64,000 nt of DNA, taken from contig CAVVMJ010000010.1 in assembly GCA_963749445.1 (NCBI GenBank), positions 43,913 through 107,912 on the forward strand, read 5' to 3'. The DNA is from an uncultured bacterium. Its GTDB lineage: Bacteria > Patescibacteriota > Doudnabacteria > UBA920. Position 1 is the first letter of the stretch, and the number at the start of each line of letters is the position of its first letter. The translations under genes and the position numbers were made by a program. Shown here one piece after another: positions 18,630 to 26,866 of the stretch. The notes beneath the pieces are model-generated. The model did no database searches, was not told the DNA's origin, and worked only from the letters and a program-made list of their open reading frames with translations.

Positions 18630-19482
18630 TGCGGTAAAGATATATCAAAACGCAAAAACTTATTGCGGCCAGGAGCAAACTGACCAGAGCGTTAAGTCGG
18701 AAAGCCCCAATAAAAGTACTGTCAATTCTTAAAAACTCCAAACAAAATCTCAGTAAATTATACAATAAAAAATAAGAAAAAGCAACGAGCCCCGCTTTTT
18801 GTTTCTTGCCGATTTTGAGCAAAAAAATCAGGATAAAAGTATTGCCCACGACTTCATACAAAAACCAAGGGTGAAAAAAATTATAATTGACAAAAATTTC
18901 CGGACGGAATTGCAATGGCACAAACATTTTCCAGGGCAGGTTCGTTGGATAACCGAATGCTTCGTAATTAAACAGGTTGCCAAAACGGCCGATAATTTGG
19001 CCTAGCAAAACACACGGCGCGAGCCAGTCTAAAAGAGGGCTAAGGGCTAAGGGTTTAGGGCTAAGTCTCCGATAAATTTCTAATATCAAAATGCCGCCGA
19101 GGACAGCGCCGTAAATGGACAAGCCGCCGTTCCAGACTTTAAAAATATCGATCGGATATAGCCGGTAATACCCAATGGACGAAAGCACGTGATATAATCT
19201 GGCCCCGATGAAACCGCCAATAATCACCCAAAATAAAATATCCTCGGCTTGCTTTGGGGTTATCCCAAAAGTCGATGATCTTTTCATCGCGAGATAAAAG
19301 CCGGCCGCCGCCGCAGCTGCCATTATAAGCCCGTAATAATGAATGGTAACCAACCCGATACGGAAGTATTGGGGAAGAATTATACGACCAGAAAAGACGC
19401 GTTGCAAAAAGAAAACCAAGGCTATCAAACTCGCGCCAACTAGCCTAATAATGACCTTCCTCGATTTTGAGGCAAGAAGCAT
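18613..19482 (-). CDS. lgt: prolipoprotein diacylglyceryl transferase
   Basis: Lgt signature IGRFGNLFNYEAFG and multi-TM topology. Carries an in-frame short repeat insertion encoding LSPKPLALSP. Confidence 0.8.
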   Translation of the reverse strand: MLLASKSRKVIIRLVGASLIALVFFLQRVFSGRIILPQYFRIGLVTIHYYGLIMAAAAAAGFYLAMKRSSTFGITPKQAEDILFWVIIGGFIGARLYHVLSSIGYYRLYPIDIFKVWNGGLSIYGAVLGGILILEIYRRLSPKPLALSPLLDWLAPCVLLGQIIGRFGNLFNYEAFGYPTNLPWKMFVPLQFRPEIFVNYNFFHPWFLYEVVGNTFILIFLLKIGKKQKAGLVAFSYFLLYNLLRFCLEFLRIDSTFIGAFRLNALVSLLLAAISFCVLIYLYRNVPKT

Positions 19483-19528
19483 GAAGTAAGAGTCAAGGAA
19501 CTTAATTCTTAACTCTTGATTCTTGCCT

Positions 19529-20110
19529 CTAGAACAATGCCGCCTGATGCTTCACTCCCACCCGCGGCGCGGCGTCCGCGATTTTCAGCGGTATTTCTTT
19601 GGTCTTAAAAAAATCTTTATACAGCAGCTTTTGGTTTTTTAACGCGTAATCGTAAATTTGTTTGGTGATTTTTACGTCGTCGGTGCAATATTTTTTAAGC
19701 AAATCCATTCTTCCGTTTTTGTAATACAAAAGCGCCTCCAGCCCGCTGCCGGACTTGCCGCTGCCCAGCGTACCCTGGGCCACCAGTTCCAATTTTATCC
19801 GGTGGTGCAAAACCTTTTCAATTTCCGCGAGCAAATCCAAATACGGAACCTCGTCTATATTAAAATTTAAATAAGGTTTTAAAACCTCAAAATCAAAATC
19901 TTTTATGTTATAACCGATAATCTGGTCTGCGGTCTGTAAAATCGGCGCCAGCCTATTAAGCTCGTGCTCTTCGTAAGCTGTATATTTGTCGGTGCTGTAA
20001 TCGTAAATTACGCAAACACTCACCTTTAACAAATGGTTCTTCCCCCGCCCCCCTACATCCTGGAAAGATTTCTGGGTTTCAAGATCTAATACAATCTTTT
20101 TTAAAAACAT
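19529..20110 (-). CDS. RNase H-like 3'-5' exonuclease (YprB/PolB-exo-like)
   Basis: DEDD-type motifs LDLETQ, YNIKDFDFEVL and CTDDVKITKQIY. Confidence 0.5.
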   Translation of the reverse strand: MFLKKIVLDLETQKSFQDVGGRGKNHLLKVSVCVIYDYSTDKYTAYEEHELNRLAPILQTADQIIGYNIKDFDFEVLKPYLNFNIDEVPYLDLLAEIEKVLHHRIKLELVAQGTLGSGKSGSGLEALLYYKNGRMDLLKKYCTDDVKITKQIYDYALKNQKLLYKDFFKTKEIPLKIADAAPRVGVKHQAALF

Positions 20111-20951
20111 TTTGGTTTTATTGATCAGTTATATATAAGCAATGTAGCGTGCCGATTCATCGGCGTCCGAAAACCGCCCATAAATGGGCACGCTACACTT
20201 ATTCATTATATAAAACATTTGTCAAAAAGACAAAAAAAGCTCTCTGCCAGATCAGAGAGCAACGGTACCCGGAAGCCCGCGTGCGGCCCCGGGATTTTTC
20301 TACGATACGCAACCGTTCAAAAACAAACGGCTGGTTCCCGCGGCAGATGCTGGCAACCGCGAAAAATTCATAATTGCGGCCCGGAGCTTTCGCCCCGGAC
20401 TGTGCCCCATGTGGGGCTCCTTCTCCTTGGTATTGTATACCCGCTTGCCAGTTCAGGCGGGGTGATGCAAAAGGGCAGAAGCCCCAACTACGCCCAAAAT
20501 ATCACCGATATTACTGGTTGGGCCTGCCTGATCAAACGCTCCCGGAGCTAAATGGAGTTAAAAAATATCAGGGCAGAAGCGCCTGCAGTCCTCGGCCGTC
20601 AACCGAGTCCTTTGGCGATTTTTTGCCCCTATTTCGTCCAAACCATCAGGGGCCAATGGATTGCACGTTGGGCTATCGGCTCAGCAGGTTGACGGACATC
20701 GTCGCACTCATAGACGAAACTCCCTTCTTCATGTGTTCCAATTGTTTTTCCGCAGGCCTTTTTCCTGCGGCGATTGGTTTAACCAGATATTACTCTCTCT
20801 CTCTGTTTTTGTCAACATTTTTGCCATTTTTACAATTTTGTTGTAAAATACTTTTATCATTGATTTTTAACAGCCCTACCGACTGTTTATCGGACGAGGG
20901 CTATCCTCAGAGGCCGATAAATCGGCAAACTACACTGGGGTGAAAGCAAAT

Positions 20952-22815
20952 ATGCAACGAACACTATCTTTGGAAACGCCCGAAAAAATCGGGCAAGACG
21001 TCTCGGTTGAGGGCTGGGTAAATTCCCGGCGCGACCACGGGGGCGTTATTTTTATTGATTTGCGCGACCACACTGGTTTGGTCCAGCTCGCGATTCATCC
21101 TGATGAAAAAGAGGCTTTCGCGGCCGCTGATAAATGCCGCGACGAGTTTGTAATAAAAGCCGAGGGCAAAGTTATTGAACGGTCGCCCGAAACCAAAAAC
21201 GAAAACCTGCCCACAGGCGGCGTGGAAATTTTAACTTCATCTATCGTCATCCTTAATACTTCCAAACCCCTGCCGTTTCAGGTGGCGCACGGCCATGGTG
21301 AAGAACAGGAAATTAACGAGGATTTGCGATTAAAATATCGGTTCCTTGATCTGCGCCGCGAAAAAATGCAAGCAATGCTCGTCAAACGGCACAAAATGAT
21401 TAAGTTTATCCGCGACTGGATGGACGAACATCAATTTATAGAAATCACCACGCCGATTCTGACTTCCAGCAGCCCCGAAGGCGCGCGCGACTTTTTAGTG
21501 CCGTCGCGCCTGCACCCCGGAAAATTTTACGCTCTGCCGCAATCGCCTCAGCAATACAAACAGCTGCTGATGACCGGCGGCGTGCCGCGCTATTTCCAAA
21601 TCGCGCCATGTATGCGAGACGAAGACCCGCGTGCGGACAGAAGCCCGGGCGAACACTACCAGCTGGACTTGGAAATCGGTTTTGCCCAGGAACCGGAAGA
21701 TGTGTTTTCGGTGATGGAGCCGTTTTTTGTGGAGTTGGCCGAAAAATTCGCGGACAAAAAAATCTGGAAAAAACCTTTCCCGCGCATTTCCTACGAAGAC
21801 GCCATGAATTTATACGGCTCGGATAAACCGGATTTGCGTTTTGGAATGGCAATGGTGGATTTAACGGAAGATTTACGCAATACAAAATTTAGCGTTTTCG
21901 GCAACGCCATAAAAAACGGCGGGGTGGTCAAGGCCATTTGTTGCGACGACGGCGCAAAATTAACCCGCTCGCAAATTGACGAACTTACGGAAATGGTCAA
22001 AAAAGAAGGCGCCGGCGGGCTGGCGTATATTGTTGTTGATAGCAAATCCGATAGTGGCGTAGAGGCACGCCGCGGCGTGCCTGATCAAGACGGCATGCCT
22101 CGGCATGCCGCTACAGGGACAGAAAACCTCCGCTCCCCCATCCTTAAATTTTTATCATCTGACGAAATTTCCGCCATCCTCACCAAAACCAAGGCCGAGC
22201 CCGGTGACATTATTTTCTTTGGCGCGGACCAGTTGCCGATTGTGAACAAAGTCCTCGGGAAGCTCCGCAGTAAACTTGGCGACGTCTTCGGGTTAAAAGA
22301 TCGAAAACCTAATAGCCTGGGCCTGGATTTACAACTTCCCGATGTATGAATACAATGAGCAGGAAAAGCGCCTGGACTTCGGCCACAATCCGTTTTCCAT
22401 GCCCAAAGGCGGGCTGGAAGCATTAAACACGCAAGATCCGCTCAAAATCATTGCCCAGCAATATGACATTGTGGCCAACGGCCTGGAAATTTGCTCCGGC
22501 GCCATCCGCAATTACCATCCCGAAACTATGTATAAGGCTTTTGAAATTGTTGGTTACGACAAAAAAACTGTGGACGAAAAATTCGGCGGCATGATCCGCG
22601 CCTTTGAATTTGGCGCGCCGCCGCACGGCGGCATGGCCCCGGGCATTGATAGGATAATGATGCTTTTGGAAAATGAACCCAACATCCGCGAAATTATCGC
22701 CTTCCCCAAAAACGGCTCAGCCGAAGACGTCATGATGGGCGCCCCCGGCACCGTGGAAGAAAAACAGTTAAAAGAATTGCATATAAAACTGGACCTTCCA
22801 AAACCTAAAAAATAG
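20952..22815 (+). CDS. aspS: aspartyl-tRNA synthetase, with an apparent frameshift in an A4 run near 22295-22298
   Basis: N-terminal anticodon-binding OB fold, class II motifs and motif 3 [19 protein letters not shown]. ORFs 20940..22349 and 22342..22815 are in different frames. The upstream frame reads ...GLKD and the downstream frame ...[16 protein letters not shown], matching the E. coli sequence around WAPLWVIDFPMFE. Confidence 0.85.
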
Positions 22816-22875
22816 CAGTCCATCCCGGAATTTTTTGCGCTGATGGCTATCACAGGCCGCAAAAAATATCCGGGA
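22816..22875 (+). repeat. hairpin repeat family F2, copy 1
   Basis: CATCCCGGAATTTTTTGCG - 20-nt loop - CGCAAAAAATATCCGGGATCC. Near-identical copies at 43998-44057 and, inverted, at 55140-55213. Confidence 0.8.
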
Positions 22876-22971
22876 TCCAGAATCGAGCAAAAATCTGGAT
22901 TCCCGCTTCCGTGGGAATGGCAAAGAGTAATTCACCGATTTATCGGTCATAAAAAATTAAATGCAAAAAAA

Positions 22972-23340
22972 ATGAACAATATAACTCTAAATTTAATCAT
23001 AATATTGGTACCCTTGCTCATCCTTTTGGTACTTTATTATGCTTTTAAGCGTACACAAGGACATTCAGTCCAAGAAAGTTCTTCCAGAACTTTTAACAAA
23101 TTGCCTCACACTTTTAAGGCTGGCGTTTCATTAGGGCTAAAAATTACCATTTTGGTTTTTGTTATAATTGAAATTGTTATGGTAATATCAACCATCGTTA
23201 GCCAGGCAAAAGATCCGGCTCCAATAATAATGGGGCCAATATTTACTTTTTTAATCGTAAGTCCGTTCATACTGGTCTTTATTCTTGGCATAGGAATGAT
23301 AGGTCATTTTATAGGAAAATTTAATCGAAAAAATAATTAA
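22972..23340 (+). CDS. small membrane protein (hypothetical)
   Basis: Start MNNITLNLIIILVPLLILLVLYY; three to four TM segments. Confidence 0.4.
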   Translation: MNNITLNLIIILVPLLILLVLYYAFKRTQGHSVQESSSRTFNKLPHTFKAGVSLGLKITILVFVIIEIVMVISTIVSQAKDPAPIIMGPIFTFLIVSPFILVFILGIGMIGHFIGKFNRKNN

Positions 23341-23352
23341 TTTTTCTTACAA

Positions 23353-23868
23353 ATGAAAAAAACAATCAAATCAAAAAAATCAATCAATCAAAAAATCAAA
23401 AAACTTGAAACCAAAGTTACTAAACTTCTTGATAAGGCAAAAATCAAATACAAAACTCTGGAGCACAAAGTTGTTTTTACTGCTCACGATGTCGGCGCGA
23501 CAACCAAAAAGAAACTTAGCGAAATCGCCAAGGTGGTTTTGGTAAAGGCGGACAAAAATTTTGTGCTCATTGTTTTGCCCGCAGGAAAATATTTGGACTT
23601 TTCCGGCATTAAAAAAGCTCTAAAGGCGAAAAAAGTTTCAATGGCTTCCGAAAAAGACATTACCAAATACTTAAAAACCAAAGTCGGTCTTCTCCACCCC
23701 TTCGGCTCCGAATATAATCTAAAAACTCTGCTCGATAAAGGAATGTCCAGATCCAAAAAAATGATTGCTTCAGCCGGCACGTTTACGGACAGCGTGGAAG
23801 TCGCATTAAAGGATTTTGAAAAACTGGTAAAGCCGGTAAAAGGCGCGTTCTCAAAATCAAAAAAATAA
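23353..23868 (+). CDS. YbaK/ProX-type aminoacyl-tRNA deacylase domain protein with Lys-rich N-terminus
   Basis: Core VVFTAHDVGATTKKKLSEIAKVVLVKADKNFVLIVLPAGKYLDFSGIKKALKAKKVSMASEKDITKYLKTKVGLLHPFG resembles YbaK/EbsC. Confidence 0.5.
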   Translation: MKKTIKSKKSINQKIKKLETKVTKLLDKAKIKYKTLEHKVVFTAHDVGATTKKKLSEIAKVVLVKADKNFVLIVLPAGKYLDFSGIKKALKAKKVSMASEKDITKYLKTKVGLLHPFGSEYNLKTLLDKGMSRSKKMIASAGTFTDSVEVALKDFEKLVKPVKGAFSKSKK

Positions 23869-23871
23869 GCA

Positions 23872-24000
23872 TTACGGCCTTCTCCCCTTTTGAGGGGAGA
23901 TGTCGCGAATGCAGCTGAGCGACAGAGAGGTTGCAATCGCACAAGGATACAACCTCTCCCCTGCCCCTCTCCTCAAAAGGAGAGGGGGCTCCGCGAAATC
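23872..24000. repeat. variant copy of palindromic repeat family F1 in the ybaK-scpA intergenic region
   Basis: CTCCCCTTTTGAGGGGAG hairpin plus ACAACCTCTCCCCTGCCCCTCTCCTCAAAAGGAGAGGGGGCTCCGCG. Shares modules with the copy at 62129-62175. Confidence 0.7.
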
Positions 24001-24003
24001 ACC

Positions 24004-24735
24004 ATGCTCCAAACCAAACTCCGACAATTTGAAGGGCCGCTGGATCTGCTGCTGTCCCTGATTGAACAGCGGCAGCTGAACATTACCGAAATCGCGCTGG
24101 CCGAGGTGACCGAACAATTTTTGCAGCACATTAAACAGCTGGAAAAAATTGACCCGACCGTGCTGGCCGATTATCTGGCCATTGCCGCCAAGCTTTTGGT
24201 CATTAAATCCAAGGCCATTTTGCCGACTTTGGAAATTGAGGAAGAGGAAGAGGACGCCGGCTTTGATTTGGAAAGCCGATTGCTGCTTTACAAACAGTTT
24301 AAAGAAGCCGCCAAGTACTTAAAGCATCTGGATAACAAACGAAAACAAAGCTTCACCCGCTCTTTACAATTTGAACAGCGGATGAATTTTTATCCCGACC
24401 CCAATGTCAGCCCGGAGACTTTGCATAACTCCATCCTCAGGGTGCTGAACGCCTTAAAAGAACTGGATGCCCTGCCCAAAGCCCAAATCAAAGAAGCCAT
24501 TTCCATCCAGGAAAAAATTAACCAGTTGCGCAATTTCCTGGAATCGCAGGTGGAAACCAAATTAAGCGATCTGTTAAAATCCGCCAAAAACAAGTCGGAA
24601 GTGATAATTACTTTTTTGGCGCTGCTGGAACTCATTAAGCAAAAAATCCTCACCGTCAACCAGGAAGCGATGTTCGCAGATATTGCCATAAAAAAATACC
24701 ATCCCGACACAAGCGGAATGCCATCGGAAAATTAA
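24004..24735 (+). CDS. scpA: segregation and condensation protein A
   Basis: MLQTKLRQFEGPLDLLLSLIEQRQLNITEIALAEVTEQFL, the ScpA N-terminal signature. Confidence 0.8.
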   Translation: MLQTKLRQFEGPLDLLLSLIEQRQLNITEIALAEVTEQFLQHIKQLEKIDPTVLADYLAIAAKLLVIKSKAILPTLEIEEEEEDAGFDLESRLLLYKQFKEAAKYLKHLDNKRKQSFTRSLQFEQRMNFYPDPNVSPETLHNSILRVLNALKELDALPKAQIKEAISIQEKINQLRNFLESQVETKLSDLLKSAKNKSEVIITFLALLELIKQKILTVNQEAMFADIAIKKYHPDTSGMPSEN

Positions 24736-24736
24736 G

Positions 24737-24842
24737 TTGATGGACATCTTCCTGCGGCTAAATAAATCAGCCGATGTTTATTGATTAAAGGATATTTTAT
24801 CGCTAACAGCACCACAACCGCGAAGATGCCCATCAAGCTCAA
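24737..24842. repeat. MITE-like repeat family F3, copy 1
   Basis: Terminal inverted repeats TTGATGG(G/A)CATCTTC ... GAAGATGCCCATCAA around a roughly 75-nt core. Other copies at 25712-25815 and 27868-27972. Confidence 0.8.
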
Positions 24843-24857
24843 AAGTAAAATCGCTAT

Positions 24858-25094
24858 ATGAACCGCACCCTAATCGGCCTTTTATTTCTGCTGGCCGGAG
24901 TCGCTTACGGCTCCATGGCCATTGATTCTTTTTACAACCACACTTTGGGCTGGTTGGTGGCAAACGACTGGATTAGCCAACAAACGATAAAAAAAGTCCC
25001 CAAAACCGCGCTCGGCCGCAAACCAACAATTTTGCTATACAGCTTATCTTTAATTATTATCGGGATATTTATTCTATGGAACAGGAACAACTAG
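24858..25094 (+). CDS. small membrane protein (hypothetical)
   Basis: 78-aa ORF with two TM segments; overlaps the scpB start by 19 nt. Confidence 0.3.
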   Translation: MNRTLIGLLFLLAGVAYGSMAIDSFYNHTLGWLVANDWISQQTIKKVPKTALGRKPTILLYSLSLIIIGIFILWNRNN

Positions 25095-25699
25095 CCAACG
25101 TTTTAGAAAGCCTGCTGTTTATTTCCCACAAGCCGCAAAGGGCGAAAGATTTGGCGAAATTTTTGGAAGTTGATGAGCCGGCGGTACAAGCGGCTTTGGA
25201 CAAACTGGCGCGCGAAAAAAAAGACCGCGGCGTGGTAATTTTGGAAAACAACGGGGAGTACCAAATGGCCACCGCGCCTTTAAATTCCGCGCAGGTCAAA
25301 AACTTTTTGAATCTGGAGCTGCGGGAAAAACTCACGGAAGCCACCGTGGAAGTTTTGGCCATTGTCGCCTACCGCCAGCCGATTTCCAAAGCCGAACTTG
25401 AGGCCATCCGCGGCGTCAATTCCCAGTACAGCCTGCGCGCGCTGTTGATGCGCGGGCTGGTGGAAAAAATTCCCAATCCCCGCGACGCCCGAAGTTTCCT
25501 ATACCAAACCACCACGGAATTTCTCCAGCATTTAGGGATGCTTTCTGTTAAAGATTTGCCGGAATTTGACAAACTAGTTAGCCAAATCAAACTGCCCGAA
25601 ACCCCGGCAATTCAAGAAGCTTTGCGGGAGCCGGGTACTCCCGAAGAAACGGCGCCGCCCGGCAATATCAACCAACCAGATGAAAAACCTCCCGGCTAA
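25076..25699 (+). CDS. scpB: segregation and condensation protein B
   Basis: LESLLFISHKPQRAKDLAKFLEV...; tandem winged-helix ScpB architecture. Confidence 0.8.
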   Translation: MEQEQLANVLESLLFISHKPQRAKDLAKFLEVDEPAVQAALDKLAREKKDRGVVILENNGEYQMATAPLNSAQVKNFLNLELREKLTEATVEVLAIVAYRQPISKAELEAIRGVNSQYSLRALLMRGLVEKIPNPRDARSFLYQTTTEFLQHLGMLSVKDLPEFDKLVSQIKLPETPAIQEALREPGTPEETAPPGNINQPDEKPPG

Positions 25700-25711
25700 A
25701 ACGGGAGGTTT

Positions 25712-25815
25712 TGTTGATGGGCATCTTCTCGCTAACAATGCCGCTTGCGATAGTTATCAGGCTGTCGATAAACAATCGCCGACATTAAAACAATCACAAA
25801 GATGCCCATCAAGCA
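25712..25815. repeat. MITE-like repeat family F3, copy 2
   Basis: TTGATGGGCATCTTCTCGCTAACA ... AAAGATGCCCATCAA. Confidence 0.8.
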
Positions 25816-26012
25816 ACGGCCGGAAACGCTTATCTAGGCAACTGGTTATAAGAAGCCTGCGGACTGGACGGCACTTCCTGTTTGAGCTGAACTTTTTGGC
25901 AAGCGGCCGCCAAAAGCGACAGTAAAACCAAAACCAAAATCAATTTCCTTTTACCCATATTATAAATCCCTTGTCTAACATCATTTCCGGCCGGAAATGA
26001 TGTTAGAGTAAA

Positions 26013-26774
26013 TTAAATCAATAGCGCCGCGCCCAAAGCTCCAGCGTTCTTTAATTGCGAAACCAAAATTTCAGTCTCGGCATTTTTGTCGAAAAGATAC
26101 TGACGCATCTCTAACTTCGCCGCGGGCAAATACTTTTTGCTTTGGTCGCTGCCGAATCCGCCCCCGATAATGACGGCATCGGCCGCGAAAATATTTATAA
26201 AAGACGCCAGTGCTTTGCCGACCACTCTGCCTACCTGCTTATAATCTTTCTTGTCCCGAAACCGCTTGAAAGCCGCTTCAAAAAACTCCTCGCCCAAAAC
26301 TATGTGCCCAAGCTCGGCGCCAAAATTGTTTTCGCCCCGATACAGCCGCCTGTTAATCACAATCCCGCCGCCGATGCCGGTACCCAAAGTCAAAGCCAAA
26401 AAATTTTTGAATTTTCTCCCCTGCCCCAACATCAGTTCCGCCCGGGCAAAACAGTTGGCGTCATTGTCAACCCTGACCCTTTTTATGCCGTTTAATTTAA
26501 GCAGCTTGGCTAAATTTAAATCACGGATAAATTTTATATTCGGGGAATGCCTGACCATGCCATTTTTCTGATCTACCAATCCGGCCATGCCCGCGCCGAG
26601 GCCGGAAATTTTTCGCTTTGCTGACAAAAAATCCGCGAGCTTGATGATGTTCCGCTCAAACTCAAATAAATTTTTCGGGGTCACAACTGTCAGCTCGTCA
26701 ATGATTTTTTTACCGTCATAAACAATGCCGGTGATTTTAGTGCCGCCGATGTCAATTCCTATAATATTTTTCAT
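26013..26774 (-). CDS. ROK/BadF-type sugar kinase (ASKHA ATPase)
   Basis: MKNIIGIDIGGTKITGIV phosphate-1 motif; DNDANC and GTGIGGGIV motifs; no ROK zinc motif. Confidence 0.6.
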   Translation of the reverse strand: MKNIIGIDIGGTKITGIVYDGKKIIDELTVVTPKNLFEFERNIIKLADFLSAKRKISGLGAGMAGLVDQKNGMVRHSPNIKFIRDLNLAKLLKLNGIKRVRVDNDANCFARAELMLGQGRKFKNFLALTLGTGIGGGIVINRRLYRGENNFGAELGHIVLGEEFFEAAFKRFRDKKDYKQVGRVVGKALASFINIFAADAVIIGGGFGSDQSKKYLPAAKLEMRQYLFDKNAETEILVSQLKNAGALGAALLI

Positions 26775-26866
26775 ACAATAGTATTTCTATTTTATTTCCA
26801 CTTATTTCTATCGTATTCCATCACAAAAAGAAATACAGTTGAAATATAGTCGATATAAAATTGAAA

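Noticed and set aside
20111-20939. RNase P RNA, tmRNA or a T-box leader in the 830-nt ORF-free region
   Set aside because: I looked for the P4 GGAAAGTCCGG and ACAGAACCCGGCTTA blocks, the tmRNA GGGG-N7-GGATTCGACG 5' end with a matching 3' acceptor/CCA, and the T-box GGGTGGNACCGCG. Only partial, unconvincing resemblances were found (for example AGTCCGGGGCGAAAGCTCC on the minus strand). I leave it as an unassigned structured region.
21445-22626. Antisense ORFs inside aspS (21445..21885, 21791..22045, 22085..22423, 22423..22626)
   Set aside because: They lie opposite a strongly supported conserved gene and their translations are Arg/Pro-rich nonsense.
22843-22971. Longer N-terminal extension of the membrane protein ORF starting at 22843
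   Set aside because: The extension is a translation of the F2 hairpin repeat (22816-22875). A clean start with a hydrophobic N-terminus exists at 22972.
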